Positions 39,880 to 51,270 of a stretch of DNA of 64,000 bases are shown piece after piece (the stretch's first letter is position 1; each line of letters opens with the position of its first letter). The position numbers and the translations under genes were made by a program. The stretch is from the NCBI RefSeq assembly GCF_032444005.1, contig NC_091287.1, positions 16,926,001 through 16,990,000 of the forward strand, in the 5' to 3' direction. A model generated the notes under the pieces. It was given only the letters and a program-made list of their open reading frames with translations. It was not told the origin of the DNA and ran no database searches. The DNA comes from Ranitomeya imitator. Lineage: Eukaryota.

Positions 39880-40938
39880 TATGGAGCTCCCGCTAGGACC
39901 GTAGGTACTCGGTACCGGGCCGGTTCTGTTCTTAAAGGGGTGGTCACAGTGCCAGTGACCCAGTCCGTGGCCCTGGGCGTCCATTTAAAAAGGGTATTAA
40001 TGGAAATGGGAATAAAGTCTAATGTAGTATGTTCGTGAGGCCACCTGTGGTATTCGGCCAGGGGTGGCTGATGCTGCTTAAAGGGGTCCTCTGAGGCTGA
40101 AGGTTTGGCAGCTTAGATGGTATAGCTCCTCACAGGTAAAGCTTTGTCCCCGGGGCTCCTGGTGTAGTTGGTAAGAGGGATGATTGACGGTGGGGTGCAG
40201 GACTGAGGGTGCAGGAATTAATTGCAGGACACAGGGATAGCAGTTTCCTTTACCTTTAACTGGTATAATTCAGGTACAGTCCAGGGTACAGGTAACAGGT
40301 GATGGTGTGGTCTGGGCCGCCTGGAAACAGCTTGGGATCCGCTTAGCCAGGTGGGTTAGGAGGCCTTCCTTCTGCGCTGTATATCTGACCCGTGCTGCCT
40401 AATGCTCTGCATGAATCCTCTCAGTGTCTGTATTCTCAACCTGTATGGTTGACTGCTTGAACCTTTCATGGGCACTGTCCTTTCTCCGGCAGCCCCAGGA
40501 TCTTCAGGCTCTTCACTTGCTGTGGTACCTGCAGGTGTTGGATGGGACAGGAGACTTGCAATCTCCTGCCCTCCGGGTTCAGTGGCTGGGTCTGCAACTC
40601 CCACCCCACCATGGACCCTCGTGTCCCGTGTCTTGGCGCTTTTCCCTGGGGTGAGCCCACTCGCAGCTCCAGACCCCAGACTTCTATCCTTTGCCTCCTC
40701 TCCTTTCAGTATCCCTCACACAGACTAACAGACTGTCTAACACCTCCCCCAGACCAGAATTTATAGGGAAGTTCCCCTGAAACTGGGTTTAGAGCTCCCC
40801 CTTCTGGTCTGGAGTCAGGACGGTGTTGCATGTCATTATTACCTGATTAAGGGATCCCTCCTTGTTTCCAGGCATGACATCACCTCCACCGTGAGGAAGG
40901 CAATACCATTGTGGCATCCAGACTCCTGGGGTGCCACA
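39880..40938. mobile_element. LTR-like fragment or solo LTR, about 1.05 kb
   Basis: Ends ...ggggtgccaCA and has the look of amphibian Gypsy-type LTRs (recalled, not searched). The left edge and TSD are unresolved. Confidence 0.45.
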
Positions 40939-41347
40939 TGTATATATACAGTTGTGTTCAAAAGTTTACACACCCCGGCAGAATTTTACTTTCTTGGCCT
41001 TTTTTCAGATAATATGAATGATAATACCAAAACTTTTTCTCCATTCATATTTAGTGGTTGGGTGAAGCCATTTATTGTCACTACTGTGTTATCTCTTTTT
41101 AAATCATAATGACAACCGAAAACATGCAAATGACCCTGATCAAAAGTTCACATCCCCTGGGGATTTTGTCCTGATAACATGCACAGAAGTTGACACAGAT
41201 GGGTGTGAATGGCTACTGAAGGTAACATCCTCACCTGTGACCTGTTTGCTTGTAATCAGTGTGTGCATAAAAGCTGAGCGAGTTTCTGGGATCCAGACAG
41301 ACTCTTGCATCTTTCATCCAGCCGCTGACGTTTCTGGATTGTGAGTC

Positions 41348-41889
41348 ATGTGGAAAGCAAAAGAATTGTCAATGGATCTATGGGAAAAGGTAGTTGAACT
41401 GTATAAAACAGGAAAGGGATACAAAAAGATATCCAAGGAATTGATAACGCCAGTCAGCAGCGTTCACACTATGATTAACAAATGGAAAATCAGGGGCTCT
41501 GTAAAAACAAAACCACGGTCAGGTAGACCAACAAAGATGTCGTCCACAACTGCCAGGAATATTGTTCGGGAAGCAAAGAAAGACCCACAAATAATATCAG
41601 CTGACATACAGGACTCTCTAAAAACTAGCGGTGTGGTTGCTTCAAGATGCACAATAAGGAGGCACTTGAAGAAAAATAGGCTGCATGGTCGAGTCGCCAG
41701 AAGAAAGCCATTACTGCGCAAATGCCACAAAGTATCTCACCTACAATACGCAAAACAGCACAGAAACAAGCCTCAAAAGTTCTGGAACAAGGTAATTTGG
41801 AATGATGAGACCAAAATTAAACTTTTTTGGACACAACTATAAACGTTACATTTGGAGAGAGGTCAACAAGGCCTATGATGAAAGAAACG
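41348..41889 (+). pseudogene. Tc1 transposase N-terminal fragment (HTH, GRP motif, first catalytic D)
   Basis: MWKAKELSMDL...RSGRPTK...ARRKPLL...WNDETKI, followed by a frameshift. Confidence 0.9.
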
Positions 41890-42545
41890 TTCAAACTGTG
41901 ATTAACAAATGGGAAATCAGGGATTCTGTAAAAACAAAACCACAGTCAGGTAGATCAACAAAAATTTCGTCCACAACTGCCAGGAAAATTGATTAGGATG
42001 CACAGAGAATCCCACCCCAAATGAAGTTCCCGAGGCTGGGTAAAAAAGTTTGCCGCTATATATAAGTGTGATTGAATTTTTACTAGTAGGAATTGTATTG
42101 TGTTTTTATGATACTTGAAGGATATATACTGTATCTGAAATGCGTTGTATCTTTTGAAAAATTTTTTCAAAATATCCTCTTTGTATGTGAGTCCTGGGAA
42201 GCGCTGCCGTTCATGGGCTGGATGTGTTCGTTTTGATTTCCTTGTCCTGTGTGAACCTGCGGTTGGCTCTTTCACTTGGATCCACCCGATACAAGCTGCA
42301 AGCCCTGTCCATTGAAAAGTATCCCAGAGGAATTTTTTGAGGCTACATGATCTAAAGCCATATCAGTCTTCCACCAGGTGAGTGCATGAGGTTGTGCACC
42401 CATCAGAGACTATTATATATTGTGTTTACGCAATTAGGGTGCTGCGTTTTGTCTGTAGTTCTCTCCCAAATAGGGTTTTATTCTGTTTATTCGTATAAGG
42501 TAATTTGGAGTGATGAGATCAAAATTGAACTTTTTGGCTACAACT

Positions 42546-42586
42546 ACCCCTGGACGAAGTATTTCATTGCGAAACGCGCGTCGGGT
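42546..42586 (+). ncRNA. Variant minimal type I hammerhead
   Basis: ACCC-CUGGACGA-aguauuucauugc-GAA-ACGCGCGU-C-GGGU. There is an extra G in the core, and stem III is palindromic. Confidence 0.5.
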
Positions 42587-43146
42587 GTGGTGGACTCCTG
42601 GACCCTCTTTATTCTTCCTGGTAGATAAGTGTTCTTATGTATTGTATTAGACATGTATGCAAGATGGTTGCATTCGGATACTGTGCATGTTGTTATATAT
42701 GGCACATTTAGCCTTATTTATTAATACCCTATACATGCCTGTTTCTCTTGTATTTATCTATTTATATATTTATTTATGTTAATATATTTATCTCTATTCA
42801 TTAGTATAGAGGTTATAGCACTGGCTAGTAATAAATAAATAAGTGCCATTTTGTGCCTTTTTTTCTAAAAATTTACCACTCATTTGCCATAGTGAGAGTT
42901 ATATTCACACACTGGTAGTTGTACTATTAGCTTCCATGTTCGTCCATCTTCTTTTTTTCTGTGTCTGGTGTTTCTTACCTGTGCCTGATTTGGCCTTTTA
43001 TGACTATGTTTGGTCTTGTTTTATCTATTTTTGCTATGAATAAACATTATCTTTAAATTGTCTTCGTGCGGTGCCTCTCTTTGTAGGTGTATTTGTATTG
43101 GTTGGCTAACCATATAGGATATATTATGTGTTTTGCTCTTTTTTTC
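42547..43146 (+). mobile_element. Penelope-like terminal-repeat insertion starting with a hammerhead variant; similar AT-rich sequence at about 42003-42496
   Basis: Flanked by ACAACTA (42540-42546 and 43147-43153) and interrupts the Tc1 coding sequence. It begins with a hammerhead-like motif. Confidence 0.55.
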
Positions 43147-43153
43147 ACAACTA

Positions 43154-44758
43154 CAGTGGGGCAAAAAAGTATTTAGTCAGTCAGCAATAGTGCAAGTTCC
43201 ACCACTTAAAAAGATGAGAGGCGTCTGTAATTTACATCATAGGTAGACCTCAACTATGGGAGACAAACTGAGAAAAAAAAATCCAGAAAATCACATTGTC
43301 TGCTTTTTTAACATTTTATTTGCATATTATGGTGGAAAATAAGTATTTGGTCAGAAACAAAATTTCATCTCAATACTTTGTAATATATCCTTTGTTGGCA
43401 ATGACAGAGGTCAAACGTTTTCTGTAAGTCTTCACAAGGTTGCCACACACTGTTGTTGGTATGTTGGCCCATTCCTCCATGCAGATCTCCTCTAGAGCAG
43501 TGATGTTTTTGGCTTTTCGCTTGGCAACACGGACTTTCAACTCCCTCCAAAGGTTTTCTATAGGGTTGAGATCTGGAGACTGGCTACGCCACTCCAGGAC
43601 CTTGAAATGCTTCTTACGAAGCCACTCCTTCGTTGCCCTGGCGGTGTGCTTTGGATCATTGTCATGTTGAAAGACCCAGCCACGTTTCATCTTCAATGCC
43701 CTTGCTGATGGAAGGAGGTTTGCACTCAAAATCTCACGATACATGGCCCCATTCATTCCTTCATGTACCCGGATCAGTCGTCCTGGCCCCTTTGCAGAGA
43801 AACAGTCCCAAAGCATGATGTTTCCACCACCATGCTTTACAGTAGGTATGGTGTTTGATGGATGCAACTCAGTATTCTTTTTCCTCCAAACACGACAAGT
43901 TGTGTTTCTACCAAACAGTTCCAGTTTGGTTTCATCAGACCATAGGACATTCTCCCAAAACTCCTCTGGATCATCCAAATGCTCTCTAGCAAACTTCAGA
44001 CGGGCCCGGACATGTACTGGCTTAAGCAGTGGGACACGTCTGGCACTGCAGGATCTGAGTCCATGGTGGCGTAGTGTGTTACTTATGGTTGGCCTTGTTA
44101 CATTGGTCCCAGCTCTCTGCAGTTCATTCACTAGGTCCCCCCGCGTGGTTCTGGGATTTTTGCTCACCGTTCTTGTGATCATTCTGACCCCACGGGGTGG
44201 GATTTTGCGTGGAGCCCCAGATCGAGGGAGATTATCAGTGGTCTTGTATGTCTTCCATTTTCTAATTATTGCTCCCACTGTTGATTTCTTCACTCCAAGC
44301 TGGTTGGCTATTGCAGATTCAGTCTTCCCAGCCTGGTGCAGGGCTCCAATTTTGTTTCTGGTGTCCTTTGACAGCTCTTTGGTCTTCACCATAGTGGAGT
44401 TTGGAGTCAGACTGTTTGAGGGTGTGCACAGGTGTCTTTTTATACTGATAACAAGTTTAAACAGGCGCCATTACTACAGGTAATGAGTGGAGGAAAGAGG
44501 AGACTCTTAAAGAAGAAGTTACAGGTCTGTGAGAGCCAGAAATCTTGATTGTTTGTTTCTGACCAAATACTTATTTTCCACCATAATATGCAAAAAAAAT
44601 GATAAAAAACAGACAATGTGATTTTCTGGATTTTTTTTTCTCAGTTTGTCTCCCATAGTTGAGGTCTACCTATGATGTAAATTACAGACGCCTCTCATCT
44701 TTTTAAGTGGTGGAACTTGCACTATTGCTGACTGACTAAATACTTTTTTGCCCCACTG
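43154..44758 (-). mobile_element. Young full-length Tc1, 1605 bp, with about 205-bp IR/DR-type TIRs
   Basis: TA|CAGTGGGGCAAAAAAGTATTTAGTCAG ... CTGACTAAATACTTTTTTGCCCCACTG|TA. The TIRs are near-identical and contain an inner direct repeat AAAATAAGTATTTGGTCAG. Confidence 0.97.
43370..44392 (-). CDS. Tc1-family DD34E transposase, 340 aa, uninterrupted
   Basis: Paired-like [25 protein letters not shown] and [11 protein letters not shown]. There are 34 residues between the second D and E. Confidence 0.95.
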   Translation of the reverse strand: MVKTKELSKDTRNKIGALHQAGKTESAIANQLGVKKSTVGAIIRKWKTYKTTDNLPRSGAPRKIPPRGVRMITRTVSKNPRTTRGDLVNELQRAGTNVTRPTISNTLRHHGLRSCSARRVPLLKPVHVRARLKFAREHLDDPEEFWENVLWSDETKLELFGRNTTCRVWRKKNTELHPSNTIPTVKHGGGNIMLWDCFSAKGPGRLIRVHEGMNGAMYREILSANLLPSARALKMKRGWVFQHDNDPKHTARATKEWLRKKHFKVLEWRSQSPDLNPIENLWRELKVRVAKRKAKNITALEEICMEEWANIPTTVCGNLVKTYRKRLTSVIANKGYITKY

Positions 44759-44760
44759 TA

Positions 44761-45274
44761 TAAGGTCAACAAGGCCTATGATGAAAGGAACACCAGTCCT
44801 ACTGTAAGGCACGGAGGTAGATCGCTGATGTTTTGGGGGTGTGTGAGCCAGAAAGGCACAGGAAACTTGTTCAAAGTTTAAGCAAAGATGAATGCAGCAC
44901 ATTATAAGGAAATACTGGAGGCAAATTTGCACTTATCAGCCTGGAAGCTGTACATGGGATGTACTTGGACGTTCCAACATGACAACGATCCAAAACACAA
45001 GGCCAAGTCGACCTGTCATTGGCTACAGCAGAACAAAGTGAAGGTTCTGGAGTGGCCATCTCAGTCTCCTGACCTCAATATCATTGATCCACTCTGGGGA
45101 GATCTCAAGCGCGCAGTTCATGCTAGACAGCCCAGGAATTTAAAGGAACTGGAGGCTTTATGCCAAGAAGAGTGGGCAGCTTTATCATCTGAGAAAATAA
45201 AGGACCTTATCCACAACTACCACAAAAGACTGCAAGCTGTCATTGATGTTAGAGGGGGCCATACACGGTATTAA
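44761..45274 (+). pseudogene. C-terminal part of the outer Tc1 transposase
   Basis: [27 protein letters not shown] and SPDLNIIDPLW (E>D). Confidence 0.9.
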
Positions 45275-46488
45275 GAAATGGGGTATGTGAACTCTTGATC
45301 AGGGTCACTTGGATGTTTTGGGTTGTCATTATGATTTAAAAGGCGAAAACACAGTAGTTTGACAATAAATGGCTTCACCCAACCACTAACCATGAGTTTT
45401 TGTGTTATCATTCATATTGTCTGAAAAAAGGCCAAGAAAGCAAAAATTCTTCTGGGATATGTAAACTTTTGAGAACAACTGTATATATATATTCCATGCG
45501 TTGGAATTGGAGATGTATATATGGTATGCTGTTAATTCTCCAATAACCGGCCTGTGGTGGAAGCAGCCGCGGCTTCGTCCATCACTCGTCAGCCAAATGT
45601 CCTGGCGTTCCCTTGACAAGTTGTAACGGTGGTGGGTTCTGCGAGACCCCTTCCACCCGGCTGTGTATTCTTGCATCCAACTTCCATTTCAATTCATAGT
45701 AAAATTGACAAGAATCATCATCTGGTGAGCTGCGCTAACCCAGTCTTATTCTAGAAGGGTGGTGCTCACCGTTTTTAACTGTCTATGTATCATAATCTAC
45801 TTTTCCACAACTTCATGAAGAATTGAAGTCTTGCTCGTCACCATCATTGATTGCTTTGTGTTGCTCTAGAGGTGTTTTCATTGAAAATCTCTTTGTGCAG
45901 CTTTGGCATTTCTGACGTCATTTATATCTGACCAGGGCCGTATTTAGAGTTTCTGCTGCCCTAGGCACTTTTAGCGCTGCCTCCCCCTCTGGTGAGTATG
46001 ACACTATCCGCAGTGACTTTGGGAAGAATCACTGATGTGAAAGTTGCCGTTTGCAGCAGATCAGGCAGTTTTTCTGCATCTGCCACGTAACGGATCACTT
46101 ACGGCAACACTGCGTTTGGTTTCATTCATTCCTTATGGGATTTGCGGTACTTGATGTGATCTGGGAAATGCGGTGCCATACCTCCCAACTTTTGAAGGGA
46201 AAAAGGTCTAAAGGTTGCGGCGCACTTAGTGCGCCGCGGCAAATTTTAGGCCACGCCTCTGACCACACCCATTTCACAACTAATCACACCCATATCCAAG
46301 TCCCAACCACACCCATTTAGCACTGCTGATCACAGTTTCATATACATTAAAACAAAAAAAAAAATATGGCCACGCAGTGCTTCATACTGTACAATGGCTA
46401 TGCAGTGCTCCACATACTGTATAATGGCCCTACATGATGTTCCATACTGTATAATGGCCACACAGTGCTCCATACTGTATAATGGCCA

Positions 46489-47777
<1,289 letters not shown>

Positions 47778-47894
47778 TACTGAGCCCGAGTGACGGGCGA
47801 GACACCACATGTACTGAGCCCGAGTGACACTGTAATATGTAAGTAACATCAGACTGTATTGTGGGGACCATTCACTTCTATGGGAGGGTGTTAA

Positions 47895-48490
47895 AGGGAA
47901 CCTGTCACCCCCAAAATCGCGGGAGAGGTAAGCCCACCGGCATCAGGGGCTTATCTACAGCATTCTGGAATGCTGTAGATAAGCCCCCGATGTAACCTAA
48001 AAGATGAGAAAAAGACGTTATATTATACTCACCCAGGGGCGTTCCCGCTGTTGGTCCGGGTCTGGCGCCTCCCATCTTCATCAGATGACGTCCTCTTCTG
48101 GTCTTCACACCGCAGCTCCGGCGCAGGCGTACTTTGCCTGCCCTGTTGAGGGCAGAGCAAAGTACAGCATTGTGCAGGCGCCGGGCCTCTCTGACTTTTC
48201 CCGGCACCTGCGCAATGCAGTACTTTACTCTGCCCTCAACAGGGCAGGCAAAGTACGCCTGCGCCGGAGCTGCGGCGTGAAGACCAGAAGAGGACGTCAT
48301 CTGATGAAGATGGGAGGCGCCAGACCCGGACCAACAGCGGGACCGCCCCTGGGTGAGTATAATATAACGTCTTTTTCTCATGTTTTAGGATACATCAGGG
48401 GCTTATCTACAGCATTCCAGAATGCTGTAGATAAGCCCCTGATGCCGATGTGCCTACCTCACCCGCGATTTTGGCGGTGACAGGTTCCCT
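47895..48490. mobile_element. Near-perfect palindromic T2/Kolobok-type MITE, 596 bp
   Basis: TTAA|AGGGAACCTGTCAC ... GTGACAGGTTCCCT|TTAA. Near-identical 158-aa ORFs appear on both strands. Confidence 0.92.
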
Positions 48491-49061
48491 TTAAGGAGGA
48501 GGAGGAGGTGAGCTGTGACATCTCCTATTGTGACTGTTGGATCTGGTTGCCGGGGTCTACCTTCCTGTGGTTGTTACAAGTATCCTCCGCTCACCTTTCG
48601 GGGTGTTGCGCTCCTCGTCCACTTGTCTCAGGAGATTCGGTTGAACGCTCGGTCCGGCGCTGACATGCTGCAATATAATGGAAATGGCGGCTGAAGCTGC
48701 AGCACAAGGAGACACCGGAGAACGGCGGGGACAGAGCGCTCTGTAGCCGTGGACACGTGCAGTATAGCACGCGGCTGCCGGTCATGTGACGCCTGCAGTC
48801 ACTTTCACCAGAGGAGCGGCGCTATAGGTCAGAATATCAGAGTAGAAGCCTCGCTGTCTGATCACCGGATATTTCCGCGGGAGGACGGCGCTGATCCGCG
48901 CGGGTGACACCGGCACAAGCGACTGCGGACGCGGGATCTCCCAGTGTGGACGGGACTCCGCGGAGGATGGGGGTCGTCTGCCGTTATCTGCTCCATCTGC
49001 GCCCAACAGAGAAGACAAACATGTCCGATAACTCTACAGGACCGCGACAGCTGCAGAACAT

Positions 49062-49492
49062 CGTCCCCCCCTCCCTCCCTCCCTGCAGAGCTTCATCGCC
49101 CCCCCTCCCTCCCTGCAGAGCTTCATCGCCCCCCCTCCCTCCCTGCAGAGCTTCATCATCGCCCCCCCTCCCTCCCTGCAGAGCTTCATCATCGCCCCCC
49201 CCCTCCCTCCCTGCAGAGCTTCATCATCGCCCCCCCCTCCCTCCCTGCAGAGCTTCATCACCGCCCCCCTCCCTCCCTGCAGAGCTTCATCATCGCCCCC
49301 CCCTCCCTCCCTGCTGAGCTTCATCATCGCCCCCCCCCTCCCTCCCTGCAGAGCTTCATCGCCCCCCCCTCCCTCCCTCCCTGCAGAGCTTCATCATCGC
49401 CCCCCCCCTCCCTCCCTGCAGAGCTTCATCATCGCCCCCCCTCCCTCCCTCCCTGCAGAGCTTCATCGCCCCCCCTCCCTGCAGAACATCGC
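49062..49492. repeat. C-rich 30-35 bp minisatellite, about 13 copies
   Basis: Unit CGCCCCCCCTCCCTCCCTGCAGAGCTTCATCAT. Confidence 0.92.
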
Positions 49493-50586
49493 CCCCGTCC
49501 GTCCTCATACTCACCTCCTGTCACTCAGCTCAGCTGCCTGTCCCACACACTGCGCGCGCCACAGCCGCCGACATCCCTCTGGCGCTCTGTCCCGCCGCCT
49601 TCTTCCTGACTGAGTGAGCGGTCATGTGATACTGCTCAATAAGGTAATGAATATGCGCATATTCATGACCTTAATGACCGGTACCATGTGACCTCTCACT
49701 CAGGACGCGCTACAGACGGTGAGAACAGGCATCGCTGGAGGCTGGAGCAGGAGGTGAGTATCGTCTCTCTTCATGGAGGGTGGGTGGGATGCGGAGGCGG
49801 GGAGGGGCGCGGGGAGGCAGGCGGGGAGGCGGGGTTTTGCGTCGGTCGCGTTTGTGACTTAAAAAAATAAAATAAAAAAATCCTTGCCCAGGTGCCGCCC
49901 CCCCCCGCAATGTCGCCGCCCTAGGCACGTGCCCTCGAGTGCCTAGTGGCAAATACGGCCCTGTATCTGACGATTCTCCACATACGCACGTTGTACATTA
50001 TAGATGAAGTCCTGGTCCCAGCGGTGAAAGGCTTGCTCCTGTTATCCTTTAATATTGCTTGGCTGAAGGTTCTTCTGCTTTATCAGCTTTGGTGGATAAT
50101 GAAGAACGGTGAAGATGACACTTGGAGGGATCTATAAGTGATGGTAGATATGGGCTTAACTGTTAGGTTTATGGTATACAGTACGTATAGCAGAATCAGC
50201 AGCCATCCCCAACTCAGAGCTGAAGGAAACGAATGCCTAAATGCCAGCTCTCCTGGAATGTACAGCAGGATTCCCCAAAAATGGGAGATTTACTGTAACA
50301 AGTCTCTTTGAATATGTCAAAAGCACCCAAAGAGTCACAAGTAGCATATTTCCCCTCCTATACAGAGTATTAATTGGTGAAGGAGTTAATAATTGTTAAA
50401 ATTATTTTATTCTCTATAGTGGATGCTTTCCTGAAACGGAAAGTACTTGCAAGCAGCATAATACAAAGAATAGCAGGTTTACCCAGAATCCTTTGCAGTA
50501 GGCGGAGCTATGCAAATAATCTCTTTCCACCCCAGTCTAATCCACAGCGCTTGGAACCGCCAAGCGTGCAATGCTGCGGATTAGTT

Positions 50587-50676
50587 CAATTCAATTCAAA
50601 TGAGCTTTATTGGCAGGACTAAGTACATGTTAGCATTGCCAAATGCTTCTGATTGATTAGTTGCTTGCTTGCTGAT
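50587..50676 (-). mobile_element. 5'-truncated LINE/SINE 3' tail with a (TTGAA)n end
   Basis: Minus strand ends CCAATAAAGCTCATTTGAATTGAATTG, flanked by GATTAGTT duplication. It adds exactly 98 bp to the 384-bp period. Confidence 0.65.
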
Positions 50677-50713
50677 GATTAGTTTCTAAATTTACACAGC
50701 CAACCAATTCCTA

Positions 50714-50757
50714 CCTGTGGACACGTGTTTCGGGCTTTAGGCCCTCATCAGCACAGG
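50714..50757 (-). ncRNA. Type I hammerhead ribozyme (complete)
   Basis: CCUGUG-CUGAUGA-GGGC cuaaa GCCC-GAA-ACACGUGU-C-CACAGG. Predicted cleavage at 50720. Confidence 0.92.
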
Positions 50758-51097
50758 GCTGGAATTGGTTGGCTGTATGGAGTGGGGCTCGGTGAGCAAG
50801 CGATACATACATGCTAGCCACCTTAGGGAGAGACCCAAGTTGGGCTAAATGTAGCGGGACGAAAGAGACCGAAAAGCCCTCTACTTAAAGGAAATACATA
50901 GTGGATGCTTTCCTGAAACGGAAAGTACTTGCAAGCAGCATAATACAAAGAATAGCAGGTTTACCCAGAATCCTTTGCAGTAGGCGGAGCTATGCAAATC
51001 ATCTCTTGCCACCCCTGTCTAATCCACAGCGATTGGAACCGCCAAGGGTGCAATACTGCGGATTAGTTTCTAAATTTACACAGCCAACCAATTCCTA

Positions 51098-51122
51098 CCT
51101 GTGGACACGTGTTTCGGGCTTT
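51098..51122 (-). ncRNA. 3' half of the same hammerhead, cut at the inversion junction
   Basis: AAAGCCC-GAA-ACACGUGU-C-CACAGG. The GUC lies at 51104, 384 nt from 50720. Confidence 0.85.
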
Positions 51123-51226
51123 CGTCCCGCTACATTTAGCCCAACTTGGGTCTCTCCCTAAGGTGGCTAGCATGTATGTATCGCTTGCTCACCGAGCCCA
51201 AATCCATACAGCCAACCAATTCCAGC

Positions 51227-51270
51227 CCTGTGCTGATGAGGGCCTAAAGCCCGAAACACGTGTCCACAGG
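51227..51270 (+). ncRNA. Type I hammerhead ribozyme (complete)
   Basis: CCTGTG CTGATGA GGGC CTAAA GCCC GAA ACACGTGT C CACAGG. Predicted cleavage after 51264. Confidence 0.92.

Larger units (their letters stand above)
40949..45481 (+). mobile_element. Older Tc1 with nested insertions
   Basis: TA|CAGTTGTGTTCAAAAGTTTAC ... GTAAACTTTTGAGAACAACTG|TA. The transposase is split into N- and C-terminal pieces. Confidence 0.9.

Noticed and set aside
45561-45596. Hammerhead-like CUGACGA-GU..AC-GAA-GCCGCGGC on the minus strand
   Set aside because: It has G15.1/C16.1 instead of A/U, and stem I cannot form.
48075-48320. CTGATGA motifs in the palindromic MITE as hammerhead cores
   Set aside because: There is no stem II followed by GAAA and no NUH site.
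47905-48480. Pair of 158-aa ORFs on opposite strands
   Set aside because: A consequence of the palindromic MITE.
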